This document shows positions 12,231-24,007 of a stretch of DNA of 64,000 nucleotides, piece by piece. The stretch comes from Schizochytrium sp. TIO01. Lineage: Eukaryota > Protista > Bigyra: Labyrinthulomycetes. Numbering within the stretch: position 1 is the stretch's first letter; each line of letters opens with the position of its first letter. Location of the stretch: contig SMSO01000032.1 in NCBI GenBank assembly GCA_004764695.1, positions 7,348,483 through 7,412,482 of the forward strand. Reading direction: 5' to 3'. A model generated the notes under the pieces. That model searched no databases and had not been told where the DNA came from. It saw only the letters and a list, made by a program, of their open reading frames with translations. A program made the translations under genes and the position numbers.

Positions 12231-12590
12231 CATGCCCTTGGATAGGTAGCGCAAAAGGATGCAGCGTGGATATCACGATCGGCTACGTGTTGGCACTTCT
12301 TGTTGGCATTTAATACCTTGGATTTTCTAAGCCTGCTGAGAAAGGTACCAGATTCATGGCATGTTTTGGAAGTGTAGTCCTCTCGGCAAATAACAAGTCT
12401 ACGCCAGAGGAAAAGCTCGGCTTTGTAAATGAGCGGAGCTAAAGTGGCCACAACGACACACCCATCACCCGGGCTGTCCTGCTACGGACCCGCCTTGCTA
12501 ACTTGAGGTTTCCAAGTTAGGAAAAAGGGAGGTTATATAGGTTCTAACCATTTCATAGCTTCGGTTGCGCAGACAGTGATCGACATGACA
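12117..12590 (-). mobile_element. tnpB: Fanzor2/TnpB-family transposon remnant, copy 1: C-terminal nuclease fragment plus 3' non-coding end
   Basis: Track ORF 12230-12451 reads LIYKAE...VICREDYTSKTCHESG...SKVL...KCQHVADRDIHAA (E-x-YTSKTC zinc finger and DRD RuvC-III). Upstream frames give LFPNLETS and RRVRSRTARVM. The 3' block 12117-12182 matches 35560-35625. Confidence 0.85.
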
Positions 12591-13884
12591 ACGACTATTA
12601 ATTGAGGTTGACTCAAGGTAGTGTCTAGGTACCAACTGAGGTGATAATTAAGATCTGTTCAGAATACAGAGCTTGGGAGCGCTGGATAGGGAAGGACTTG
12701 AAGAGTTGCAAGAGATTCAGCAATGATTATGTGTGAAGGCAATCGAACGCAAGTGTAAAAGATTATCGTGCAGACTGGTAGTGGGTAGGTGACTTGCCGA
12801 AACCTTGATGCTTCCGAGCTAACGAAGTAGGATTTTAAAGAGTATCTAGCTTCTATACAGTAACCAGATTATAAAACTCTTTCTCGTCATCTAATCTTGA
12901 AAACGCAAGAAAGGCAGCCAGCCCATGGAAGTAGAGATCTGTAAATTAATAAGCTATTCGCGACAGAAAGCCTGCAGCTCATTACTGTCAGGGTTTGACA
13001 GCAGCCAAGGCGAATCTACAAGAATGTAGAAACTTTAAACTAGCAGAGACTTGCCTGAACTTGAAAATTATAAATATCCAACTCAAGTGACCCACATCCG
13101 TTTGGAAATACAAGCTGAAATTCCCAATTGAGGAAACTTGTAGACAAAACGATGCTAGAGTTCTTGGCGTCCCAAGAACTTAGGATTTACTCATAGAAAC
13201 AGAACTAGGCATCCAAATGCGTAAATACGAACCCGAGAGAGCCGAAAACCGAAAGTGGACATACGCAATCGCTAAAATCAAGTATGGTGGAATCCGAATC
13301 GATGGTTGAAGATATTGGTTTATAATCTGACCTCTTCAGATGTGTCTAGTACAGATCTAGTTTGACTTAATAATCTATTAATTGCAACATGAATCGGTTG
13401 TCTTGCAATTTATCTCCAGAGGCAGTAGACTGCTAACTCTTGAAGCCAAAGTTTATCAAGCCTTCCTCAAACCTCTTGTCTTCATCGTCATAGTCGACCT
13501 CTAGCTGACTGGATGTATCTTTCAGCAATGCATAACCGAAATCGAAAGGTGAATTTTATTTATGGGCCTCTTAGTAAAACTTCCTTTATCAACTCTATTT
13601 TAAAGAATTTCGGAATGTGCAATGATCTTGAAGTAAACTGTTGGCAGGAGTTATTTTATACAGAGCTCATTAATTGCTTAGTTTAGGTAGCTGGTTTCCC
13701 CAGAGTTTTGATTGATGTTATGCGTACGTTTAGCATGTGGTGGGGACCAAACTATCCTAGCAATATACATGAGTGCAATACATTCGCACAACACACGTTC
13801 TGATTTTTTCTTCTTGCAATGTATTACTTTTGAAATTTAGTCAGCCAAGCTGTTGATTTCTAGAATTAATCCAGAACTCCAAGT

Positions 13885-13947
13885 AGTACCTCAGAATGTA
13901 CCTTCGCATATTCATAGTCGCGCGCACTCTCGCTAGTCAGAGGTACT
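13885..13947 (-). ncRNA. Degenerate type-I hammerhead-like motif A
   Basis: Minus strand AGTACCT-CTGACTA-G...C-GAAG-GTACATTC-TG-AGGTACT: a perfect 7-bp stem I encloses a CUGANGA-like and a GAAA-like core, with core mismatches. Confidence 0.35.
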
Positions 13948-14051
13948 GAGTTGAAATATTTGAACTTGGGTAAAAAACTCAAGTCATAACTATCACTCAA
14001 ATGTGGTGTTATATTTTTCTTGAGTTATTACTTTAAAAGTTATAGGGTAGG

Positions 14052-14114
14052 GTTGCCTCTGATGAGTATGAGTGCGCGGCACGCGCGAAGTTAATCATTT
14101 TATTAGCTTTGCAA
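14052..14114 (+). ncRNA. Degenerate type-I hammerhead-like motif B
   Basis: TTGCCT-CTGATGA-G..GTGC-gcg-GCAC-GCGC-GAAG-TTAAT-catttt-ATTAGC-TT-TGCAA: intact CUGAUGA with stem II and stem III hairpins; GAAG instead of GAAA; weak stem I. Confidence 0.35.
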
Positions 14115-16188
14115 ATAAGACCTGCAGTATATACTTACGCAAAGATGAGGCGTTGTTCTGCTCACTTATTCGTTGATTTTAGGTCTTTTTGCAACTCATC
14201 GCTTCCCGCAGATACCCCCTTTCTAACAAGAGAGGCGGCAAATACTATACGTGTATTGAAAAATGATCCAGCTTATCCATACGAAGTGCTAAGAAGAACG
14301 TCACCCTACTCACTAACGGCTACAGCATACTTTGACTACAATCAAGGGCTTCTTATCTCTCGTTAAGCTGCAAAAGGTATAGTAAAGCTCAAATTAGAAT
14401 GCCTACCAGGATTGTGATATAAGATAACATAAACGTCGTCCGAATTGTGTTACAATACGCTGTCTGCGTCAATGATGCAGCTGAAGCGGGTACAAAGCAT
14501 AGGCCACCTCCGTTTCTCCCGCGAGAAAGTGAGGGTCAAGGCAATGTAGATTTGCACTTCTCACATAGTCGAGTTCCTGTCCAAAGCTCCTTCAATACTC
14601 GTCCAAATGCTCTCGTCCTGACTCAATCAGCAGAATGATCTTCAGGCCTTACGATGATAAATACCCATTGTCTTCCTCTATCTCGCCTTGTAGAGAGTGA
14701 CAACAAACTTAACTTAGCTGGGATACACATATAAACGGCTTCTCATCCATTTCCTCACCACACCAATTAATTGAATTGCACCACCTCAGCTGTATAGAAT
14801 CACAGAAATAGGTAGCATGAGGTCACCTCAAGCCGCAAAAACTTGTAGCTGGATGGCACTGCACAAGCAACTTATAAGCGCCTTGCCACTACCACTTTGG
14901 AGATAAAATCAAGACATCTTAGCACGCGCTGGCACGATGAACGAATGGATCGCTTCTGTATTTCAGTTCAGACACCACTGGCATGAAAGATGGACTCGCT
15001 AACTTTTCTCGTGCTTGTGAGAAATAAACCTCCACACAACGACTATAAAAATGTTATTTATATACATCACTTTTTAAAAGTAAAATCAATACAAGACAAC
15101 GAGTTATTGATCTTTTGGCCTGTTCTTTAACTAAAAAGAAATCATAGCAGGTAGCTAGAGATAGACCGACTATTACTTTACCATCCATGTTGAATCTCAT
15201 TCTCTAGCTAGAGTTGATGCCCGTCTGACGAAGGCTTGAGCTTTAGGAATAAAGGTTTTGCGTCTCCAAAGCTACTGAGCGACAATACGTAAGATTGTTT
15301 TGTTTTTAATGCCAGTGAATTGGTAGATTAACTTTTTTTAAATACCATTTTTTCTCCACAGGCCAATTTTTTTTAATTAACACACATCAGGAAAAATACA
15401 AATCAATAAACAGTCCAATCTAGCCACCCTACAGCAGCTTTATAGGTACTATTACTTTACAATCTTCTTGAACTGAGCAGCTACGGTGATTTTGAATAAC
15501 TCTAGCTAGAGTAACATGTTGAACAAGTTTAAGTTGAAGTTCTCAGGAAGGCCAACGTTGGAAGCAAACTAATATTATAGGTACGTCGAACATAAACCAT
15601 TATTTGGTTTGCGCAAGGAGCGGAGTAAAAGCAAGCTCGCTCGCTACCTCTAGTTGACATTTAATCTCTGAATCAAACGTGGAAGTACCTACTATAGCTA
15701 ATACTTCACTGAGAAGACCCTTCTTGAAACTATATTGGGTATTTAGCAAAGCCAAAAGTAAGGTAAAGACCTACTCGGTAGAACACAATTCTACACTTCT
15801 AATCTATGAAATTGAAGGTAGCCAAGCTGGGTACGAATGGCAGAAGCAGCCACCATTTCCGGAATTAGCCCGCTTATTGACACTCTATAGCTTGCGAGAG
15901 CATACCAACATATAGATCTGCCAGAACGAATCATAAATTGGGACACGATAGCTCTAGTACGTACGTACCCTCCAGTCTGAACCATACGTACCTACCACGG
16001 CAGGGGTGCTTTACCTTCAAGTTGACAGGTCTCCAACTTCAGCACCTGCTGAATAAGACTCATCAAGGCAGCTCGCTGCACCCGGAGGCTGCCTTAAACA
16101 CTTTGTCGTTCTATTTGGAAGTGTTTTACAGGGTCAAAATAGTAGCTTTGCTCAAGGTCGTGGACACACATCTTCATAACAAAGACAT

Positions 16189-16232
16189 ATCAACAGCAAA
16201 TCAACAGCAAATCAACAGCAAATCAACAGCAA
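16189..16232. repeat. 4 x 11-bp tandem repeat ATCAACAGCAA just upstream of the EGF/TM gene
   Basis: Four exact copies read directly. Confidence 0.95.
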
Positions 16233-16284
16233 AACCTTAACTGGTAGAGCTGAGCCTGCAAGTCAAGCTCAACGACAAGGCACA

Positions 16285-17310
16285 ATGAATTCGTCATGCG
16301 CCTGTGGCTATACCGGAAGCCTGTGTACCGAGCTGTTGTCTGGCCTAAGCAGCGTCTCAGACGCTCTGGACGAGGCTTGCCAGTATGGTGATTGTGAAGT
16401 AGTCGATGGAAGCGCAACTTGTGACTGTGATACAGGATATGATGGAGACTACTGCGAGGAAGAGCTTGTGCCGCTTGCGTGGAACTATGCTATTACCTTT
16501 GGTATTCCTGTGTTGGTTTTTATCATTTGTGGATTTCTGATCTGGAAAAAATCCCTACCGACTTTCGTAGAAGCCCCGCGCGCAATGGGTACACGCTCCC
16601 CTTGGCGTTGGGTGAAACCCCAGATCATCTTGGGTTACCGCATGGTCATTTTTCTTTTCTGGCTTGCTCTACTTATTCACCTCCAGGTCCTTTCAGGATA
16701 CAATAACCTTCGAACCTTTACTGTATGGAACGGTTACCTTTTGCTCATTTACTTTGCTCTTGGTACTGTCATCTCGCTTCGTAACCTCCGTGAAGAACCC
16801 TCTGGCGAGATGACGTTCCTTGAGAAAGCACACTGGGTCCTGTGCCAAATTGAGTTTCCGACTTCCATCCTTATCCTTCTTGTTGTATGGCTCGTACTGT
16901 ACCCACAAGCAGTTTCTGCAGGTACCCCTTCTACAGTAGTAAACTACAACTCCTTTTTCCTTCATGGTATCAATGTTGGTATCATGTTTATTGACTTTAT
17001 GTTGTGCGGTTACGTCACTGAGATCTGGCACATGCCTTTCGAATTAATGTGGGGTGCTCTCTACGTGTTTTTCCACAGCTTCTACATGTTGGCTCGAGAT
17101 GTCGAGGGTCTTCCGCTTGACCCGGTTTACAGTTTTCTTAGCACAGCATCTCCGTTGCTAATTGCCTGGCTATTTGGCCTTTTGTTTGTGTTGGCCTTCT
17201 TTTTCATGTTTGTGCATCTTTTGAGCTACCTTAAGCGCCGCTGCGCAGGTACTCGCATGGAACCTTTTGCTACGAAGGGCGAGTCCTCGCGAGTTGAGAT
17301 TGCTCCGTAA
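16285..17310 (+). CDS. Multi-pass membrane protein of rolling-stone / FAR-17a-AIG1-like type with N-terminal EGF-like modules
   Basis: CACGYTGSLC and CQYGDCEVVDGSATCDCDTGYDGDYC are EGF-like. About 7 hydrophobic helices; RTFTVWN (cf. xLTxW), FLHGIN (cf. HGxN) and PVYSFL (cf. P-x-Y-x-FL). Confidence 0.7.
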   Translation: MNSSCACGYTGSLCTELLSGLSSVSDALDEACQYGDCEVVDGSATCDCDTGYDGDYCEEELVPLAWNYAITFGIPVLVFIICGFLIWKKSLPTFVEAPRAMGTRSPWRWVKPQIILGYRMVIFLFWLALLIHLQVLSGYNNLRTFTVWNGYLLLIYFALGTVISLRNLREEPSGEMTFLEKAHWVLCQIEFPTSILILLVVWLVLYPQAVSAGTPSTVVNYNSFFLHGINVGIMFIDFMLCGYVTEIWHMPFELMWGALYVFFHSFYMLARDVEGLPLDPVYSFLSTASPLLIAWLFGLLFVLAFFFMFVHLLSYLKRRCAGTRMEPFATKGESSRVEIAP

Positions 17311-18223
17311 TCTTGCAGCAAAGTTTTCATACATTCAGGCAGCTAGTTACTCTTCAGCTGGTACATTTCTTGCGGAGTCCCTGTGTTTGATCTTCTGCGC
17401 GATAGACCCAGCTTGGAGTTCTTTTCTTATAAAACCCCCGTTGTTATACTCTAAATTATCTTTCAAAATATCATTTATCTCTTAGCCCCAAGATTCCAAT
17501 TCATTCTATTATTTGGAAAATATTACATCATTTGATTGCCTTCAGTACGAGGTACTGCAATTTCACCAGCCAAGTTCTCAGGAATCGATTAAGATGTAGA
17601 CTTACTTTTCTTGAATCCATTCGTTGGACCAGAGAGACTTGTTCTCTATTCCTTTCTGCAAAAACGCGGATAAATATATTCTGATTTCTTAAATTGTGAA
17701 TGTTGGTTTGATGAAAACTCTCTTTATGCAAAAGATTCGTGCTGCATACTTGTCAAGCGCTCTTCAAACACCAACTTTTAACATGCCTCCCACAAACTAA
17801 ATTCGTACCATCGTGCACATCTACTCGAACAATCTCCAACGTTTTTTGCATCGAGGTATACCCTGCCCAGACTTTAGCGATACTTCTTCATCGAGCCACA
17901 CTCAACTATCGATACGTCCTTTACACCACATGAAGTGAATCTCTGCATTGTACGCAACGTTGCACGCGAGACTCCCAATGCAAAACCGGCCTTATAAGCA
18001 CATCACCTAGTAGTATCATATAAATATAATAAACAGTTTGAAGTAAAAGGAATAAGAAACAGCATAACCCACATTCCAGGTCCCACTACATTTTCTAGCG
18101 GCGCTCAAATCCAAACTATTGATAACAGTCGCGGCCTTTCGCAGAGGACTACGTTTTAAATCTGCACGGTGAGCGAGGCACCGCTGTTGTCTCGTTCTTG
18201 GCGACTGCTTAGGGCATCCTGGG

Positions 18224-20644
18224 ATGCAGAGGCGCAAGAATGGCGTGTGTCGCGAAAGCGGCGCTGGCGACGCCGACGAAGCCTCGTCTTCGAGTTGCTA
18301 TAGCGGAAGCGATAGCGATACCGGCGTAGAAAGTGACGATGGAAAGTTCAAGAACACTGGAGTCTTTGCCAGAAAGGCTGACCTTGAGGGTGGTTTTGGA
18401 GCCATAGAAGGCGGCTTTCAAGATCAAAGCAAAAGCCGACGGTCCTCAAGCGTGAATTTCAAGGTCGTGGCGCTTCTTATAATTGCAATGTTCATTCTAT
18501 ATCTTGGATTCTGGGGCGGTGAGAATCTGGCACAAGCACTTTCCTTGGACTCTGCAGAGATGGAAGACGATGCCCAGAGCGCAGCATTCTCGAGCCAGCT
18601 CGAGGACGACGATGATGACGATGATGCAGCCGAAGAAGGGTTGGACTACCCGCAAATACTCCATGCATACTACAAGAAGCACAACCCAAAGCTTTTAGGA
18701 GATGCGCCCATGATTTTGGCAAGATATTCCGGTAATGAAAAAGAACTCTTTGCAAAGCTTCAGAAGAAGTATGGAGATCCGGTTCTCCCTCGAGAACCTA
18801 AATTAGGGAAGAGTTTCAACAATGACGACGAGGAAGAAGAGGGGGAAGGGGGAGAAGATTTGCAGCCGGAAGATGAGGAAGAAGATCGCATTTCTGCAAT
18901 ATCTGAAGGTCATCGCGGAGGATCTCAAGACGCATTGGGATCAGGACTCGTAGATGCTTCGAAACACACTTCGAAATCTAGGTATCGGTCTAACCCACAT
19001 GTGGTGGACTTTGAAACTGAGATTGATGAAGATGGCGATTCTGATGACGTCCCCAATGCGAGAAAGCAGAAAAGTAACGACCAACAAGAATTTGAAGAGA
19101 GCGAAGAGGGTGAGGAGGAGGAAATAGAAGATGGCTTTCCAGTGAATGATCAAAGTGAAACCAATGACGATGAGAACTCGGATAATGACCTCTCACCTGA
19201 CGCAGCCTTCGATGTACATCACGAAATTGATGATGGAATGAGCATATTTGAAGATATGCGGGAAGAGTCAATTGTCGGTCGCGGGAAGGTGAAGGTCATT
19301 GGAATCGGCTTTCCCGGAACTGGAATTGACCAAGTGCACCGTTTTATTCAGGACGCACTCAAATGGGACGCGGTGCCGCGTGATGATGTGAGCTCTGCTC
19401 TCCGTGAAATAATGAGTAAACCTGGTTTGCCGAGTTTTGACAAGTTCGACCAATACGATGCCCTGGTTGATGACACTACCTCTCTCTTTTTCGAGGAGCT
19501 ACTTGCTACATACCCAAAGGCCAAGGTTATATTGACGGTACGACCAGTCGATGAATGGTTTGAAGCGTTCAAGATGGTGTTGAACAAGTTTTCTGGAGAC
19601 TTGAGTCTAATGTTGCGTCGCGAGATCTACGAGGTTCTGCTTGGCAATCTTACCGTCAATGAGTTTATTTGGAAAAAGCAGTATCAGCTATTTTACGATC
19701 GAGCATTACGGGCCATTCCAAGGAGTAGGCGAAAGTTGATATGCGTATATGCGGAAGAGGAGAACCGCTGGGAATGGCTCGGACGATTTTTGACAGATAC
19801 TCAGCAGCAAACAGGCTCGCCTTTTCAGTTTGCGTCAACATGGAGAGCTCCTCGACTGCCACCTAGTCGTGCACTCACAATGCAACTACGAAGCAAAACA
19901 GTAGTTGACCCGCTTTCGAAGTTGCACTTTCTTTCGAACAGTGTCGTTGCAAGCCCTGTTGACTATGGCACCCTTCGTGTTATTGGAGCTGGTCTCGACG
20001 GGACAGGGGGAGCTGTATTGGCTCAAGCGCTTAAGAAATTAGGTTACAAGGTAGCAAGCCATTGGACAGATACAGCCAATGCGTGCACAGAGTGTCGAAA
20101 GGTGGCGCAAAACCTACAGGGAGTTCTCTCTGGAACAAACCAAGGGCCAGTAAACTTTGGTTACAATGGTATTTTTCATGGTGTGGATGCAATTGTTGGA
20201 TCACCTGCGTCTATGCTTGTTCAGGAAGCTGCGAGGTTTAATCCAGATGCAAAAGTAGTAGTTACAGTCAGAAATTTGGATTTATGGTGGCAAGACATGC
20301 GGTGCCGCGTACGCGCTATGAGCAAACATCAGAGTAAATACTCCAAATCTACAAAGTCGAAAAGCGGTCTTGCATCCTACTATCATAAGTTAGTTTTTGG
20401 TTCTGAAGATCCAGCTTATGATTTTCTTCATAAAAGGAGATACCGGGACCACCTGTTGAACATTGAGGGTATTTCACCCGACCGTATTCTTGTAATTGAC
20501 CTTTCACGTGCTGGCCCGAGTGGGGATGCCTGGCGCCAATTGTGCAGGTTTCTGCGAAGTAATAAATGTACTCCTCGCTTGGAAACTAGCTCCTTCCCAA
20601 CAATCAAGTCTTTCTGCGTGACAAAATCTACCGGAGGGCGTTGA
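18224..20644 (+). CDS. Type II membrane protein with acidic stalk and two tandem sulfotransferase-like (Sulfotransfer_4-type) domains
   Basis: Single TM FKVVALLIIAMFILYLGFW. Domain 1: KVIGIGFPGTG...FFEELLATYPKAKVILTVRPVDEWFEA...WEWLGRFL. Domain 2: RVIGAGLDGTG...ALKKLGY...NPDAKVVVTVRNLDLWW...WRQLCRFL. Confidence 0.8.
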   Translation: MQRRKNGVCRESGAGDADEASSSSCYSGSDSDTGVESDDGKFKNTGVFARKADLEGGFGAIEGGFQDQSKSRRSSSVNFKVVALLIIAMFILYLGFWGGENLAQALSLDSAEMEDDAQSAAFSSQLEDDDDDDDAAEEGLDYPQILHAYYKKHNPKLLGDAPMILARYSGNEKELFAKLQKKYGDPVLPREPKLGKSFNNDDEEEEGEGGEDLQPEDEEEDRISAISEGHRGGSQDALGSGLVDASKHTSKSRYRSNPHVVDFETEIDEDGDSDDVPNARKQKSNDQQEFEESEEGEEEEIEDGFPVNDQSETNDDENSDNDLSPDAAFDVHHEIDDGMSIFEDMREESIVGRGKVKVIGIGFPGTGIDQVHRFIQDALKWDAVPRDDVSSALREIMSKPGLPSFDKFDQYDALVDDTTSLFFEELLATYPKAKVILTVRPVDEWFEAFKMVLNKFSGDLSLMLRREIYEVLLGNLTVNEFIWKKQYQLFYDRALRAIPRSRRKLICVYAEEENRWEWLGRFLTDTQQQTGSPFQFASTWRAPRLPPSRALTMQLRSKTVVDPLSKLHFLSNSVVASPVDYGTLRVIGAGLDGTGGAVLAQALKKLGYKVASHWTDTANACTECRKVAQNLQGVLSGTNQGPVNFGYNGIFHGVDAIVGSPASMLVQEAARFNPDAKVVVTVRNLDLWWQDMRCRVRAMSKHQSKYSKSTKSKSGLASYYHKLVFGSEDPAYDFLHKRRYRDHLLNIEGISPDRILVIDLSRAGPSGDAWRQLCRFLRSNKCTPRLETSSFPTIKSFCVTKSTGGR

Positions 20645-22318
20645 AGATTTTCAATTTTTTGTTTTAGCATGGAAGGAGTTGTGAAAACATCCCTCCTCTT
20701 GACAATCCTCTCAGCATACTAGAGTAGTTGTCTCCTGTATGACAATATTACCAAGTTAAACTCAATAGGATGATGCTCCTGATTCCGCAAGTGGATCATG
20801 ATTTGTCTAAATAGTTCAGAGTCCAGGCATTGACAATCATTATTAGAATAGATTGATGACGCTGAGCCTCTAGAATTTGTATGATACTTTTCTGTTTTGT
20901 TGGTTTTTGTTCTCGTGATTTTTAATTCTGAAAAAAAAAAATGTTAAAAACTAAAAACTAAGAAACAGTAACAATCTTGATTTGATTAGAACATTGCCTT
21001 CATTCAATCTTTCCATGGTTTTATTTTTTTGCTGCTGGTTTTTCGTCTTTACGGCACTGAGAAATGATGCATGAACATAGATAGCAATCATTTGCCTCAT
21101 AGAAGTACAAACTGAAAAGAATGTGATATCTTTTGCTGTACTTTCTACAGGGTTTCATCTGAACATTGGTAAGGTTTTCAAAGAGAATCAAATAATTGTA
21201 TATTTTTTATGATTTCTTGGTTTTTGCTTTAAAACAGAAGTGGTAGCTTGCATTTTTGTGCGACACGACTCGGAGAATCAAGAAAATCACGTGAAGGGTA
21301 CCCTCGAGGTCATTACCTAATAGTCACTCACTTGATGATGAGGAGAATTTTAGCATGCCTTTATGGAAGAACCGTAGATGCTACCATTTTTCATTTAGAT
21401 AGAGTTCAGCTTCAGTTTCTAAAATTGAGAAACAGAGAAGCCAAAGCCAATGTGGTCATCTTCATGTTCCAGATAATAAGAGGGGACTTGGTTATGATTG
21501 ATATGGAGTATTTAATTTTCTAGCCCGGAACTCGTTGAGAACTAGGCTCAGACTTACTTGTGAGACTTTAATCTTCACCATGATGTGTAAGCAAAGAAAT
21601 GATCAAGTTCGACACCATACACCCCTAGGACGTACTTGCACAACAATCTCGAGAATAATAACATAACACCATTGTTTCTCGACACTTCTAGTTGTAATAG
21701 TGGGAGGTGCAGAAGCTACATGAGAAGGATTGAAATAAATGACCAAGTTGCTGGAGCAACAATCTCCATCATTGAGACACACTAGGGATCTAACGTCGTT
21801 CTAATATCAGACGGCCTTATGACTGTGATATTACATCAGATCCAGCAAGTTGCTTGGACATTTTCCCTCCTTCAGACATTTATTCCAGCAATGATACTCT
21901 TGGAGTGGTAATAAACGCTACAGAGGAAAGACTTTCATTTAAAGTCAACTGTAGCCGCGCCTCAGTGCAATAAAGATGGGATGCTAGTCCCATGGGTATG
22001 CTGAATTGAATGAGGAATTTAACATAACGTGCAATCAGAACAAACAAACGAGAGAGCTTAGAAAAGAAAATAGAGAAACGGTAGAGAGAACATGAAAAAA
22101 AAAGAGGCTAGATCAACATCTGTAACCCTTAGTATCTCACCTTTGCTCTCTCTTTTCTCTCATGGCTGCATGTGGGTATGCATAGAACCACATACGCTGG
22201 GTAAAATTAGATAACGCGACGAGGAGTCATTGCAATAGTAGGAAGGTAACAACAAAACAACATCAACGACAGAAATATGACAGATAATACGACAAACTCA
22301 CAGAGTCTTTTCCAACGT

Positions 22319-23855
22319 CTAGTCCCATGGGTTATCGAAGAGCAAGTTCGACTCGGCCTCGGCCATGCGGCGCTGCCTCGCCTCCATCATGCTACGCATG
22401 ATCTCATTATCCGCAGCTGTCTTCGATTTGACTGCACCAACGACCAGCATGCTTGCTGGGTCATCGCGACGCAGCCTCCGCTGAGTCATGCGAATGATCA
22501 TGTTGGCGTACTCAATCTGCTTCTCTGACTCAGTAAGATCTTCGCCTCCAACAACTTCAATGCTCTCACGCTCCTCAAGATCTTCATCCTCAGATCCGCC
22601 ATTGAAATCCTCGCTCGCGTCATCGTGGATGGCATCTTCATCCTCTGAATCGGACTCCGACCTAATGTGGTCATCTCCATCCTCGTCATCCTCATCATTG
22701 TCCTCAGCATTTGTAGCTTCCTTGTCACCATTGCTCGCCTCCGATACTGACTTTCCTTCAGCATCCCCTTGCACCTTGTCGTCATCATCTTCACGAGCCG
22801 CAGCCTCGAGCTCCTAATCATCATTATCATCATCATCATCATGAGCAAAATCACCGCGAGTAAATCGAGAGCAGAACATTTTATTCGAGAATCCACAATC
22901 CAATTCAACCAATCAAGAATTTAATCACACATTCATTCGAGTATACGTCAGTCTACTTGCCCTAGCTTGTCACTACCTAGCAACACCAAACAATACGCTG
23001 AGAACGCAGCCATGCATGCATGGATCACTTATACATGGACATGCATACCTACGCACACCCACACTGTAGTACACTTCTGAAGGAAAGATCTTTCACAGGC
23101 CACACCCAACCAAAGCAAACACTTTGCTATCACAACAGCTGCCCAGACTGGCACTTAAAGCCAGTCAGGCCTGTCCCCAACCCACGGGCACGAGTCATCT
23201 TTACCCCTTGCTTCCGAGCAGTTGTCATTAAGCGATCGCCTGCAATGGTCTGTGCTGTTCTGTTCTTCCCCTTAGGAAATATGCTCTGCCAACAATGCAA
23301 TTTGGCCCATTACATGAGATGCTCAATGTCCTTGCCAAACTATAGCGCAAAAAATGATAGATAGATAGATAGATAGATGGTTGCGTAGCCATGAGTTTAT
23401 TTTGATGGCCCCTGTGCGCTCAGGACAAACATAAAGGAGATTGATCACAATTTTCAATTCATCTCATTTCATTACCAAAAGTCGCTTTTTCTTGCATCGC
23501 CAGCCAGTTAGACCCCATATGGGCTAAACTATAGTCCTTGCTGACACTCGCTGAGTTCTTTCCTTTTCCCGTTCCCTATGCTACCACGCTTCATTTGGGG
23601 TGCCAAACGTACCATAATTTCCGCCAAGGCGTCGTCATCGTCATCTCCCTGCCCCTCATCCTCCTCGCTAGCTACGCGCCGGCGCTTGGCGTCAGTCTCG
23701 AGGTCGGAGCTGGAGTCTTGAAGAGAGGTCTTTTTCGCAGGTCGCTCCTCATTTTCATTTACTTTGAGCTCATTCTCATTCTTCTCCATCCCCTCCGAGA
23801 CATCCTCGGCCACCGCAGCCACGCCAGCGTCAAAGAAGCCTTCCGGGAGCGACAT
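22319..23855 (-). CDS. Acidic 245-aa protein, weak ZNF830/CCDC16-like. Exons 23855-23613 and 22813-22319
   Basis: Donor gtacgt after ...LAEIM and acceptor gattag before ELEAAAREDD join in phase 0. Starts MSLPEGFFD (LPEGFFD is a ZNF830-type motif); later KQIEY coiled coil. Confidence 0.6.
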
Positions 23856-24007
23856 TCGAGCAACTCAGCCAGTCAGCCAGCACAGACGCAAGCAAGCAAG
23901 CAAGCAAGCAAGCACACAGGCAAGCAGCGCCTCGAGAGTATATATCCGTCTGCCTTCTGTGTTCTGGGTCTGCTCTGTGGCGTCTGTCGCCTACGCCCCA
24001 AGTCGCC

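Noticed and set aside
13545-13610. SKTSFINSILK resembling a P-loop GTPase relic
   Set aside because: Lacks the GxxxxGK glycines and is surrounded by stops; too short to call.
15224-15265. CTGACGA-AGGC-TTGA-GCTT, a third hammerhead-like start
   Set aside because: No GAAA after the stem and no stem I/III pairing found.
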